From NCBI GenBank assembly GCA_963755715.1, contig CAVWLW010000033.1, positions 1 to 64,000 of the forward strand: a DNA stretch of 64,000 nt, read 5' to 3'. Under the pieces are notes generated by a model that made no database searches, was not told the origin of the DNA, and was given only the letters and a program-made list of their open reading frames with translations. The translations under genes and the position numbers were made by a program. Positions 29,707-39,616 of the stretch are shown piece after piece; positions within the stretch are counted from its first letter, which is position 1; each line of letters starts with the position of its first letter. The stretch comes from an uncultured delta proteobacterium. GTDB taxonomy: Bacteria; Desulfobacterota; Binatia; UBA9968.

Positions 29707-31407
29707 TTGGACATGAGCAGTCGTTTCAATTCCCAATCCCTGATTCTAGTCGGCTGTACCGCTTTCGTTCTCTACCTCGCCGGGATTCCTCTCGTGATGC
29801 TGCTTTATGGTAGCATCCGGAGCGCTCCCATTGGTGAACCGGGAGCGACTTACACGATTCAGAATTACGTCAAGGCTTATTTCGATAAGGAATTCTATCT
29901 TCTACTTCTCAATTCCGTTTATTACGCTCTCGGCACCTGCAGCCTGACTTTCGTGATCGGAACGTTTCTCGCTTGGGTGAGCGAACGAACCAATACGCCG
30001 CTCAAGAAATTGTTCGTGGTCATGTCGCTGATCCCGTTTATTATCCCCGGCATTCTCAGCACGATTTCATGGATCCTCCTCCTCAGCCCGAAGATCGGCT
30101 TGATCAATATTGTCGTCAAGGAAGTTCTCGGACTCGAAGCCGCGCCGTTTAACGTCTATTCGATGTGGGGCATGATCTGGGCGGAGGCGATCCATCTTTA
30201 CCCGTTGGTATTCCTCTTGATGTCGGCGGCGTTTCGCAACATGGATACATCTCTCGAAGAAGCCGCGCTCACCGCCGGGTCGAGCACTCTGCAAACTTTT
30301 TGGAAGGTCACGCTGCCGCTCATGCGCCCGGCGATGTTCAGCGTTCTGTTGATCAACTTCGTGCGCGGCATCGAAGCCTTCGAGGTGCCGGCGCTGATCG
30401 GCGTGCCGGCCAAGATCTCGGTTTTTACCACCAAGATTTTTCTGGCTATTCATCAGTTTCCTTCTGACTTCGGCCTGGCCGGCGCTTACGCGGTGACGCT
30501 CTTGGTCATCAGCACAGTCGGCGTGCTTATTTATGGTAGGATCACGCGCAAGGAAGAGCGCTACGCGACGGTCACCGGCAAGGGCTATCGACCCCGGGTG
30601 ATCGATCTCGGCAGCTGGAAGTATTTGACGCTGGGAATCTCGTTCGTAATTTTTTTCCTGGCGGTCATTTTGCCGGTGTTCGTCTTGCTCTGGTCCTCGT
30701 TCATTCCTTATTACGGCGTGCCATCCATGGAACTGGTGCGGAAAATGACCTGGGCCAATTATCAATATATTCTCAATTATCCCCTTGCATTGACTGCTTT
30801 TAAGAATAGTTTTTATCTGTCCGTCGGGTCGGCGACGCTGGTTATGTTGCTGACCTCGGTGATCGCGTGGATTACCGTCAAGACGAAATTGCCGGGAAGA
30901 GCGTTTCTCGACAATATGACCTTTATCCCGATCGCCATGCCGGGAATCGTGTTGGGCGTAAGCCTGATCTGGGTTTATCTCACTTTGCCGATACCCATCT
31001 ACGGAACGATTTGGGTCCTGCTCCTGGCTTACATGACGAAATTTATTCCGTACGGCATTCGCGCGGCGTCGTCGTCGATGATTCAGATCAACAAGGAATT
31101 GGAAGAAGCGTCGTTTACCGCGGGCGGCACGTGGTTTCAAACTTTCAGGAAAGTCATCCTGCCGCTGCTCATGCCCGGTTTTACCGCCGGTTGGATCTAT
31201 ATCAGCATCATCGCGCTGCGTGAGCTTTCGACCTCGATCTTGCTTTATTCCTATAATAGTACCGTACTTTCGATCATGGCATTCGATCTTTGGGAGGGCG
31301 GCCAATATACCTATGTGTGTGCCCTGGGTGTGTTGATGGTGCTTTTGCTCGTTGCTATGGCGTTCACCGCGCGCAAGCTCGGCGCGAAGATCGGTATCGC
31401 GGAATAA
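29707..31407 (+). CDS. ABC transporter permease with two TM modules (FbpB type)
   Basis: Two EAA loops (LEEAALTAG, LEEASFTAG); many TM helices; VTGKGYRP. Confidence 0.92.
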   Translation: MDMSSRFNSQSLILVGCTAFVLYLAGIPLVMLLYGSIRSAPIGEPGATYTIQNYVKAYFDKEFYLLLLNSVYYALGTCSLTFVIGTFLAWVSERTNTPLKKLFVVMSLIPFIIPGILSTISWILLLSPKIGLINIVVKEVLGLEAAPFNVYSMWGMIWAEAIHLYPLVFLLMSAAFRNMDTSLEEAALTAGSSTLQTFWKVTLPLMRPAMFSVLLINFVRGIEAFEVPALIGVPAKISVFTTKIFLAIHQFPSDFGLAGAYAVTLLVISTVGVLIYGRITRKEERYATVTGKGYRPRVIDLGSWKYLTLGISFVIFFLAVILPVFVLLWSSFIPYYGVPSMELVRKMTWANYQYILNYPLALTAFKNSFYLSVGSATLVMLLTSVIAWITVKTKLPGRAFLDNMTFIPIAMPGIVLGVSLIWVYLTLPIPIYGTIWVLLLAYMTKFIPYGIRAASSSMIQINKELEEASFTAGGTWFQTFRKVILPLLMPGFTAGWIYISIIALRELSTSILLYSYNSTVLSIMAFDLWEGGQYTYVCALGVLMVLLLVAMAFTARKLGAKIGIAE

Positions 31408-31469
31408 TCATTCATCTTGAAACTTGATGTTGGCGCGGGCTACGCGGCAGCGGGTCATTGGGAGGAGAC

Positions 31470-32618
31470 ATGGCAGAAAAAAGAGATATGGTGCAGATCG
31501 CTTCGCTGGAAAAATACTTTGGCGAGGACAAAGAGCGGGTGCATGTTCTCAAGGGCGTAACGCTAAATATTCCCGAGGGGTCGCTCTACACCTTTCTCGG
31601 CCCCAGCGGATGCGGCAAGACGACAACGCTCCGCTGCGTGGCCGGTTTGGAACGGCCGGATGGAGGCAAAATCAGCATTGCCGGCCAGACGGTGTTCGCT
31701 TCCGGAGAGCGAGTCTACGTGCCGACCAACAAGCGGCCGATCGGCATGGTGTTTCAGTCCTACGCGATCTGGCCGCATATGACTGTGGCCGAAAACGTCG
31801 CCTATCCGCTGACCATCCAGCGACGCCCTAAGGATGAGGTTAAGCGTAGAGTGGGCGATGTATTGAAAATCGTCGGACTCGACGGCTTGGAAGACCGCCC
31901 GGCGCCGAAACTCTCCGGCGGCCAGCAGCAGCGTGTCGCCTTCGCGCGCGCGCTCGTCAACGAGCCCAAAGTGATGTTGCTGGACGAGCCGTTAAGCAAT
32001 CTTGACGCGAAGTTGCGCGTACAGATGCGGTCGGAGATCAAAGCGCTGCAACGCCGAACCAACATCACGACCATTTTCGTTACCCATGATCAAGCCGAAG
32101 CCTTGGCCATCTCCGATCAGATCGCGGTCATGTACGGCGGCACGCTGATTGAAGTCGGCGCGCCGCATCAGCTTTATTCCCGTCCGACGCGCCGCTTCAC
32201 TGCGACGTTTTTGGGACTGACCAACTTGATCGACGGCAAAATCGTCGAGCTCCACGGCGATGCGCAACCCGGAAAGATTCAAACCAAAAAAGGCCTGCTC
32301 TCTTTCATCCCGGCGCCGGGCTTGAAGCAGGACCAAGCCGCAGTGATATCGATTCGCCCCGAAAACATTCCCTTATATAAGGAACGGCCGCAGGGGCTGG
32401 AAAATGTTCTGGAAGGCAAAATCACCGAAGCGATCTTCATGGGCGATGCTTATCAGTGCAAAGTCGCGGTCGGCGACGATTTGCTCGCGGTGCACACGCA
32501 TCCTTTTAACTCGGTTAGTCCGGGCGACAAAGTCTACTTGCAGTTGGATCCTAAAAGTTGCAATGGGCTTCCAGCGGATGATAAAGAAGGTATTGATGAA
32601 TCCATGTTGGGGGACTAG
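31470..32618 (+). CDS. ABC transporter ATP-binding protein (FbpC/PotA type with TOBE domain)
   Basis: GPSGCGKTT, VFQSYAIWPH, LSGGQQQR, LDEPLSNLD. Confidence 0.94.
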   Translation: MAEKRDMVQIASLEKYFGEDKERVHVLKGVTLNIPEGSLYTFLGPSGCGKTTTLRCVAGLERPDGGKISIAGQTVFASGERVYVPTNKRPIGMVFQSYAIWPHMTVAENVAYPLTIQRRPKDEVKRRVGDVLKIVGLDGLEDRPAPKLSGGQQQRVAFARALVNEPKVMLLDEPLSNLDAKLRVQMRSEIKALQRRTNITTIFVTHDQAEALAISDQIAVMYGGTLIEVGAPHQLYSRPTRRFTATFLGLTNLIDGKIVELHGDAQPGKIQTKKGLLSFIPAPGLKQDQAAVISIRPENIPLYKERPQGLENVLEGKITEAIFMGDAYQCKVAVGDDLLAVHTHPFNSVSPGDKVYLQLDPKSCNGLPADDKEGIDESMLGD

Positions 32619-32653
32619 AATCCCGGAAACAGAATTTGAAAGGAGACTGTCCA

Positions 32654-34144
32654 ATGACAGCACTAGAGGCTAGAAAGTTAGCCGAAGATGACATGAAAGC
32701 GGGGAAGACCCCGAAATACACCGATTTGCGTGATTGGTTGGAAATCGTCGACAGCATCGGCGAGCTGAAAAAGGTCGATGGCGTCGACTGGAATCTCGAA
32801 ATGGGCACGCTTGCCGAGATCTTTGCCCGTGAGTCCAAGAGCGGCGTGACGCCGGCGGTTTTGTTTGACAACGTCCCGGGTTATCCGAAAGGATTCCGCA
32901 CTCTGTTCGCCCAAAACGCTTCGTTCAAACGCATGGCTTTAAATTTGGGCCTGGACATGAACCTTTCCAGTCTCGATTTGGTTCGCGCCTTCCGCCAAAA
33001 GCTAGTGAGCCATGAGCCGATCAAGCATAAAGTCGTCACCAAAGGCCCCATTCTCGAGAACGTGGATTCCGGCGACAAAGTTGATTTGCTCAAATTTCCC
33101 GTGCCGTTCATGCACGAGCTTGACGGCGGTCGCTTCATCGGCACTGCCTGTTTAGTGACCACGCGCGATCCGGACGAAGGCTGGGTTAATTTCGGCGCTT
33201 ATCGCGGCATGGTGCACGACAAGAACAGCATGGGGCTTTATATTTCGCCCGGCAAGCACGGCAGCATCCAGCGCAATAAATACTTCGAACGCGGCAAGCC
33301 TTGCCCGGTCGTCGTTTCCGTTGGTCAAGACCCGGTTTTGTTCATGGTATCCGGTAACGAAATCGATTACGGCGTTTCCGAGTTCGATTACGCGGGCGGT
33401 CTCAAAGGCGCTCCCGTTGAAGTTATTGAAGGGAAGTCCACCGGGCTTCCGTTTGCGGCCAATGCGGAAATCGTCATCGAAGGTTGGATGGATCCGACGG
33501 ACAGAAAGACCGAAGGTCCGTTCGGCGAATGGACCGGTTACTACGCCAGTTCGAGCCGTCCCGAGCCGGTGATTCGCGTCGAAAACGTTTACTACAGAAA
33601 CGAGCCGATTCTCTGCTGTGCTCGTCCCGGCCGCCCGCCGTCGGATTATTCCATCGCTAAATGCATGGTGAAGGCGGCGTTGATCTGGGAGCAGGTCGAG
33701 AAATGCGGCGTGCCGGATGTCAAAGGGGTGTGGTGTCACGAAGCCGGCGGCGGCCGCCTCTTCAATATCATCTCGATCAAACAGCGCTATCCCGGCCATG
33801 CGCGCCAGGCGATGCTTGCTGCGTCGCAAGTTCACGCCGGCGCTTATCTTGGCCGTTACGTCATCGTCGTCGACGAAGACATCGATCCGACCAACACCTT
33901 CGATGTAATCTGGGCGTTAGCCAGCCGCTCCGATCCGGTGGAGTCGATTGAAATCCTCCGCCGTTGCTGGAGCGGCCCGCTCGATCCGCGCATCCAACCG
34001 GGCAAGAAGGGCTTCAACTCGCGCGCGGTGATCGATGCCTGCCGGCCGTTCGAGTGGATGAAAGACTTCCCGCCGGTAGCCGAATCTTCTCCGGAGCTGA
34101 AGGAGAAGATCTACAACAAGTGGAAGAAAGTTATCGAAGCATAG
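32654..34144 (+). CDS. UbiD-family (prFMN-dependent) decarboxylase
   Basis: HELDGGRF, NFGAYR, AEIVIEG, EGPFGEWTGYY, VVDEDIDP, VIWAL, IDAC. Confidence 0.93.
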   Translation: MTALEARKLAEDDMKAGKTPKYTDLRDWLEIVDSIGELKKVDGVDWNLEMGTLAEIFARESKSGVTPAVLFDNVPGYPKGFRTLFAQNASFKRMALNLGLDMNLSSLDLVRAFRQKLVSHEPIKHKVVTKGPILENVDSGDKVDLLKFPVPFMHELDGGRFIGTACLVTTRDPDEGWVNFGAYRGMVHDKNSMGLYISPGKHGSIQRNKYFERGKPCPVVVSVGQDPVLFMVSGNEIDYGVSEFDYAGGLKGAPVEVIEGKSTGLPFAANAEIVIEGWMDPTDRKTEGPFGEWTGYYASSSRPEPVIRVENVYYRNEPILCCARPGRPPSDYSIAKCMVKAALIWEQVEKCGVPDVKGVWCHEAGGGRLFNIISIKQRYPGHARQAMLAASQVHAGAYLGRYVIVVDEDIDPTNTFDVIWALASRSDPVESIEILRRCWSGPLDPRIQPGKKGFNSRAVIDACRPFEWMKDFPPVAESSPELKEKIYNKWKKVIEA

Positions 34145-34171
34145 GAAGAACGTCGTTAACGTTTGTTTCAG

Positions 34172-34210
34172 AAAGGGGTGGTTGTTTACACAGCCGCCCC
34201 TTTGTTTTTT
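34172..34210 (+). terminator. Rho-independent terminator after the UbiD gene
   Basis: AAAGGGGTGGTTG...CAGCCGCCCCTTT hairpin followed by GTTTTTT. Confidence 0.7.
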
Positions 34211-34609
34211 GCTCGGCGAATCCAAACTAGAAAGTTTCGACACGATGCATTGGCTAATTCATTTATCTTCCGGCGCATCCCCCCTCTCTCATGCTCTAGG
34301 AAGGCTTAAAGATCGCCTGACGCGGCGAAAACCCTGAGACCGCACCAAGATCGACGCTTCGAGAATTCTCAAAACGTGAAATTTCCCGAGGGATTTCCTA
34401 GCCCGCGAATCCTGAACTTAATGCGCATAACGATCACGAATCTTGCTCCCTCCATGGCCGCGCTTGCCGTGCATCGCTCCCTGCTCTTTGCCCTTAATCT
34501 CGCGCGCGTGGCTTGCTCGACGAACACGCGAGTCTAATCAACCACCCCCAAGAGCACGAAGACGTTTTCTAGAGACAAAGACGTATGCCAATTGCGGAAT
34601 GTTGGATGC

Positions 34610-35605
34610 CTAGCTTTTCATAGCTATTAAAACGGAGTCCGGATCAAAAGGAACGGGGCTGGAACGGAAAGGTCCTTTGATACGTGCGAATCCGGATTGG
34701 CGCAGCCACCCAAGAATCTCTTCACGTGCATAACAGCGTCCTCGGGGCGTGTGTAAAAGAAGCAAGACGGAAAATAACGCGGCCCACTCGTGAGCGGTTC
34801 TGTCCCGACTCATGAATACGTCGCGCACGATCAAATGACCTTGGGGGTTCAGACAGCGATAAAGCTTCCGCAGCAGAGAGCGGTTTTCTTCGATCCCGTG
34901 GGCGTGAAGGACATTGGAAACAAATACGGTATCGAATCCCCGTGGCAGCGCATGCCGTAAGAAATCCACCCCGATGACCCGCACTCTGTTCGCCATACCC
35001 GCTTGCCTGACCGCAGCGCGCGCCAGAGGAAGAATACGCGGATGCTCGACGAGGGTCGCTCGCAGGTTAGGATAACGACGACAAAAAGCCACGGAAAAAG
35101 CTCCAAGCCCGCCACCGACGTCCAGCAGAGTCTCGGTGCGGGCCAAGGGTAATTTTTCGATCAAATAAGGCGCAATCTCGCGGCCATCGAGATCGAGACT
35201 GTGAAGCAATCGCTTGGCTTTCCTCTGATCGGAGAAGAAAGGCTTCTGGATCATGGGTCTCGTGTCAGCGCTAAGGGCCGAAGCAAGTCCGCCCCAAGTG
35301 TCCCAAGCGTCGTAATCGGGCAGCAGAAAAGTTGCTCCGCCGCGACTGAGATAACGCGAAGCGAAGGGAGAATTGGCATATTTTTCTCCGCGCTTTCGCA
35401 TTAAACCCATGGCGCACAGCGCGTTAAGAAAAATCTGCCACCCGGCTGGACTTCCGCCGAGATGCGCAGCCAGAGCTTTAAGGCTTCTTTCCCGCTGGCC
35501 GATCCAACCGAATAGATCAAAATGGGCCGCAGTGATAAGGATGCAAGAGCGCCAATAACTACTCTCGCTTCGAAGTCGCTGAAGGTTCCATTTCCTAGCG
35601 GGCAT
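34610..35605 (-). CDS. SAM-dependent O-methyltransferase (dimerisation domain plus Methyltransf_2)
   Basis: LLDVGGGLG, DFL, SNVLH, N-terminal winged dimerisation region. Confidence 0.88.
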   Translation of the reverse strand: MPARKWNLQRLRSESSYWRSCILITAAHFDLFGWIGQRERSLKALAAHLGGSPAGWQIFLNALCAMGLMRKRGEKYANSPFASRYLSRGGATFLLPDYDAWDTWGGLASALSADTRPMIQKPFFSDQRKAKRLLHSLDLDGREIAPYLIEKLPLARTETLLDVGGGLGAFSVAFCRRYPNLRATLVEHPRILPLARAAVRQAGMANRVRVIGVDFLRHALPRGFDTVFVSNVLHAHGIEENRSLLRKLYRCLNPQGHLIVRDVFMSRDRTAHEWAALFSVLLLLHTPRGRCYAREEILGWLRQSGFARIKGPFRSSPVPFDPDSVLIAMKS

Positions 35606-36671
35606 GACTGCTCTTTGACTTGAGCACTCGGTTCAGGCGTGTGCTCGCGGCCATTCTATAAAGCCGCTCATAACCATTCACCATTTGTTCCACAGAAAAA
35701 CGCTCTTGGACCCAGTTCCGACAGCGCGCGCGATCCAGCGTCTCGACCCGATGAGTCATCTCGACCATCTCATCTTCGTTTTCGACCAGATAGCCGGTCT
35801 CGCCGTTCTTGATCAACTCCGGCATTGAGCCCCGTTGGTAGGCCAGCACCGGAGTTCCCGCAGCCATGGCTTCTATCACGACCATGCCGAACGGCTCGTC
35901 CCACTGAAGGGGGAAAAGGAAGCCTTTGGCCTTGCCCATCATTGCCACGAGATCGTGATAGGCCAGCCGCTCGATATAGCGGATGCGATCTCCGTCGATG
36001 TGCGGCTTGACCTCTTTGAGAAAGTACTCCTCGCTCCAAGGCAGGTGAGTGGTGACATGGCCGATAATGACGAGCCTCGCTCCAGCCTTCTTGGCAACGC
36101 GGATCGCCTCGGCAATGCCTTTCCCCGGCGTCATTCGACCGACGATGATGAAGAAATCTTCCGGCTGGTCGTTAAACGAGATCTCGTCCAGATCGACGGC
36201 GTTATAAACGACCGGGAGCGATTCGTCTCCCAGCATTTTCCTTTGAGCCTGGCTGACACAGACCGGCAGGCAATGCGGGAAGTGTTTTCGATAATATTCG
36301 TGCAGTTCCTTCTCGATATAAGCGTAAGTGACCAAGGTGGGCGTTTTCACGAAAGCTGAGAAATAAGGGGCCAGGGTCGTCCAGTGAGCATGAATCACAT
36401 CGAAACGTTCGGCCTGACGATAAAGGTTGTAGGTATTTCGTGCCTCGAACTCCTTTTCAAGATAAAACGTGGACTTTGGATCATCCTGGCTGGCGATCGG
36501 TAAAACAGCTTGGAGCTCGCACTCAACTTTTGAGTCTCCCGAAGCGAAAAGCTCTACATGATGCCCGCGAAGAGTAAGCTCCCGGCAGAGATAATAGACG
36601 ATCCGCTCCGTTCCGCCGTGCGTCTTCGGTGGAACAGAGATATAAACGCTGTTGATTTGAGCAATCTTCAT
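35595..36671 (-). CDS. Glycosyltransferase family 4
   Basis: VPPKTHGGTER, GRMTPGKG, EPFGMVVIEAMAAGTPV. Confidence 0.93.
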   Translation of the reverse strand: MKIAQINSVYISVPPKTHGGTERIVYYLCRELTLRGHHVELFASGDSKVECELQAVLPIASQDDPKSTFYLEKEFEARNTYNLYRQAERFDVIHAHWTTLAPYFSAFVKTPTLVTYAYIEKELHEYYRKHFPHCLPVCVSQAQRKMLGDESLPVVYNAVDLDEISFNDQPEDFFIIVGRMTPGKGIAEAIRVAKKAGARLVIIGHVTTHLPWSEEYFLKEVKPHIDGDRIRYIERLAYHDLVAMMGKAKGFLFPLQWDEPFGMVVIEAMAAGTPVLAYQRGSMPELIKNGETGYLVENEDEMVEMTHRVETLDRARCRNWVQERFSVEQMVNGYERLYRMAASTRLNRVLKSKSSHAR

Positions 36672-36852
36672 GACAACATTTAGAACCTATTCCGTTTATT
36701 AACTTTGTTGCAAGGCACGGCAAAAGCCAATCAAAATCAGTTCGCAAAGAAATATTTGCCTTACGCGCCGTCGCGCAGGACCACCTGAGCGCGTATGGGA
36801 TCTTCTACGACTAACCAATCTTAACCACGTTCGCGGACCCTGAAACTACGCG

Positions 36853-37368
36853 TCAATTGCCGGTGAGGCCTTTCGCGATACGGTCGATGCCTGCTTGCGC
36901 GCACGCAGCGTCCTCGGTTCCTCCGCCCTTCGAGCCTGGCGTGCCCGATACGCCGATCGCACCGACCAACGAATTGCCCGCGTGTATGGGCAGACCGCCC
37001 GCTGCAGTAGTGATATTCGCTAAATGCAGCGGTCCTGCATTGCCGGGATTCTTTGCGGCGTTTTTGCCGAATTCGGCGGACGACATGTCATAGGTTAACG
37101 CCGTGTGCGCTTTGCGCAGGCTGTGCTCGACGCTGTGCGGGCTCGCGCCGTCGTCGCGTATACTGACCACGACCCGGTCGGCGCGGTCCAGCACTGTGAT
37201 CGTCACGACGCTGCCGTGCTTACGGCACGCTTCCAGCGCCACCGTCGCCATTTCAAGCGCCGCATTAGCCGAGATCGAGCGTTCGCTTACCAGGGTTTGG
37301 GCGTTGCTTGCGCAGGGTAGAAACGCCAGTGCCATTGCCAAGAAAGTTCGTCCGTAGATCTTTTTCAT
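36853..37368 (-). CDS. Exported GlcG/HbpS-like heme-binding protein
   Basis: Signal peptide; RDDGA, KAHTA, GGLPI, GAIGVSG, D..CA.AG. Confidence 0.88.
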   Translation of the reverse strand: MKKIYGRTFLAMALAFLPCASNAQTLVSERSISANAALEMATVALEACRKHGSVVTITVLDRADRVVVSIRDDGASPHSVEHSLRKAHTALTYDMSSAEFGKNAAKNPGNAGPLHLANITTAAGGLPIHAGNSLVGAIGVSGTPGSKGGGTEDAACAQAGIDRIAKGLTGN

Positions 37369-37555
37369 GCTATTTGCCTCCTTCGATTACAGTCCGCCCA
37401 ATTAGCAATCCGGGGCAAAACGTAGCTGATTGCGATTTCGGCTGTCAACTGCAATTCAGGCTTGAGATTGTTTCCAGCAATATTCTCTTTCTAGATTCAT
37501 TGACAGTTCTGCGAAGCAGGGCTTATAAATGAAACATCCTTCCCGGAGGTGAATC

Positions 37556-38323
37556 ATGGGAAAGCTCAGGCATATCGCGTTCATTTCGGCGGAACCTAAG
37601 AAACTCAGCGATTTTTATCAGAAGTATTTCGGCTTCGAGGAGTGCAAGGTCTTTCCTAGCGGCTCGCGTATGGTGATCGATCCGCTTTTCAACTTGGCTT
37701 TCCTGCAAAGAGCGGCGGTGGAAGTGGCGATGGCGGGAACGCACCGAGCCGACGGCAGCGAAAATGAATTGACGATCGGGATCCATCACTATGGCTTCAT
37801 GGTGGATGATCTCGATCGAGCAGTGGCGAAACTGCCGGCTGGATTAACTCGCGGTACTACGCCGCAGGTTTCCGCCGGCGTCGGCGGCCCCGAAGGGGCG
37901 CGGCCTGCCGAGGTCCGGTTCCTCGATCCTTGGGGCAATAACGTCGATCTTTCCTCTCGCGGATTTCTCGGTAGAGAAGAAAAGAAACTTCCCGGCGTGC
38001 GTCTGCTCGCCGTGCAAGTTCCTGATTTGGCTGCGGCCTGTGAATTTTACCAGCGGCAGTTCGATCTCGAGCTCGTCGGCTGGACGGATGATGGAACGGT
38101 CCGCCTGAGCGACGGCACGGTGACGTTGCTATTGACCAAGTCACAAGTGCGGCCGAAGAGCGGCGTGCAATATTTCGGCATTCAAGTGAGCGATCTTGCG
38201 GGCACCAAAAAGCGGTTGCAGGATGGCGGTGTGGCGGTTTCGGAGGCGGGCAGTGGCCAGATTCAATTCACTGACCCGGAAGGAAATCGAGTTGTCGTGT
38301 CGGAAGCGGGTTGGGTGAATTAA
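37556..38323 (+). CDS. Two-domain VOC/glyoxalase-family protein
   Basis: KLRHIAF, GIHHYGF, DPWGNNVDL, DPEGNRV. Confidence 0.85.
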   Translation: MGKLRHIAFISAEPKKLSDFYQKYFGFEECKVFPSGSRMVIDPLFNLAFLQRAAVEVAMAGTHRADGSENELTIGIHHYGFMVDDLDRAVAKLPAGLTRGTTPQVSAGVGGPEGARPAEVRFLDPWGNNVDLSSRGFLGREEKKLPGVRLLAVQVPDLAAACEFYQRQFDLELVGWTDDGTVRLSDGTVTLLLTKSQVRPKSGVQYFGIQVSDLAGTKKRLQDGGVAVSEAGSGQIQFTDPEGNRVVVSEAGWVN

Positions 38324-38526
38324 GCGGACCAGTCTTTCATAAGCTTCAACACAGCCACCGCATGTTCTCGGCTGACAGTTGGAAAATCAGCGAGAAAATC
38401 GTCAAGCCGACCTCCCTCCTCGACATAGTCGATAAGCGTTTGCACCGGGACGCGCGTGCCGGAGAAAACGACGGCACCGCTCATGACTTTTTCTGACCGC
38501 GTGACGAGTGGTTGTGGAACCGGCAT
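38320..38526 (-). CDS. DUF433-family protein (putative antitoxin)
   Basis: MSGAVVFSGTRVPVQTLIDY..G..LDDFLADFPTV; GAGG RBS before ATG 38526. Confidence 0.8.
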   Translation of the reverse strand: MPVPQPLVTRSEKVMSGAVVFSGTRVPVQTLIDYVEEGGRLDDFLADFPTVSREHAVAVLKLMKDWSA

Positions 38527-38760
38527 AGCGCACCTCTTGTTGAATACTTGCGCGTCAAGTAAATCGAAGCTAAAACCGACGTGTTTAACAGGCATCGTCG
38601 AACAGTCTGCTCGGTTAGATAAATCGTCTAGCCCGAAGTCCGTCATATCCCTGCTTGCTGTATTAGCGTGGATATCCAGGCGGGTGTCTACATATCGCAT
38701 ACTTGCCAAAACATACAAACTTAGATTCATGGCAAAGTCGTCCTAAGCGCCGTACTGCCT

Positions 38761-39279
38761 TCATCCGTGATGTATTTCCATCGGCTGAACAAGCTGCGTC
38801 TCCACGTCGCTGGGCAGTTCAATACGTCGCACAATTTTCGGCCAAAGCTCAAGCGGCGGTGCTTTGATCAAAGATGCATTGAGGGTCACGTCATCAAGAT
38901 CGTCGTGCAAGTAAGGGCGACGACCGCAATGGCGCGCGTCACACGACATACGTTTCCCTGGGTAGCACTCGCGCCAGTGGCAGATGCGGCCAATGTAATT
39001 GCCCGCCGGATCAGCCAGGAAGATGTCAGCACCTTTATTTCTGCTCTGCGCGTGCCCCTTCAGTCTTCGGCCTGCAGTCGCCAACGGCTTGAGATCGGCA
39101 TCATCATCCACAGTGACCAACAAATCCGCATCCTTTGGATTTTGTTTGTCTGTCGCCAATGAACCGACGAGAGCGATACGCCGGACTCCAGGACAACTAC
39201 GGGCGCGCTCCACAAAGAACCGGACTTCGGCGAGCAGAGCGTCTCGAATCGTTAGCTCACTGCTTGTTATTTGGGTCAT
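38761..39279 (-). CDS. Minimal nucleotidyltransferase-like protein with a Cys/His-rich insert
   Basis: LVGSL...KDADLLV (GS...DxD), later ADIF; CHWREC...CDARHC. Confidence 0.65.
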   Translation of the reverse strand: MTQITSSELTIRDALLAEVRFFVERARSCPGVRRIALVGSLATDKQNPKDADLLVTVDDDADLKPLATAGRRLKGHAQSRNKGADIFLADPAGNYIGRICHWRECYPGKRMSCDARHCGRRPYLHDDLDDVTLNASLIKAPPLELWPKIVRRIELPSDVETQLVQPMEIHHG

Positions 39280-39306
39280 TGCTTCGTGTATCAGTAAAAG
39301 TGGTCT

Positions 39307-39616
39307 CTACCGCTTCTCCGGTGGAATATTTTGGATAGAAGCCGCGAACTTCGCATGAGCTGCGGGATACTGGCCTGTGCTTAATCTTGGTGCTCGCGGG
39401 GTTCGTGCCGAGGAAGTTGTCGCCCGTCCAGTTCCTCGATGGCCTGATGGGTCTCGGAACGAACCTACCGCCGCAGTTCGGGCAGACGTTATCAAGCACT
39501 CTGTCAACGCACGTTGGGCAGAACGTACATTCATAAGTGCAAATGCGTGCTTCGACTGAACTTGGCGGCAATGCCTGTTGCAGTGTTCGCAGGTCGGGCG
39601 GAGTTCTAGCTAGCAT
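39307..39616 (-). pseudogene. DUF1272-family protein, disrupted
   Basis: Reconstructs to MLELRPTCEHC..LPP.S.EARICTYECTFC...CPNCGG.F.PRPIRP...IPPEKR with three indels, one of them a CTAG duplication. Confidence 0.7.

Noticed and set aside
30067-31305. Long antisense ORFs (this one, and others such as 16456..17439, 22579..23538 and 48889..49815)
   Set aside because: They are shadows of well-supported genes on the opposite strand in GC-rich DNA and carry no motifs.
38580-38625. Integron attC site (minus-strand ATCTAAC...GTTAAAC)
   Set aside because: The spacing is far too short, there is no internal palindrome, and no integron integrase is present.
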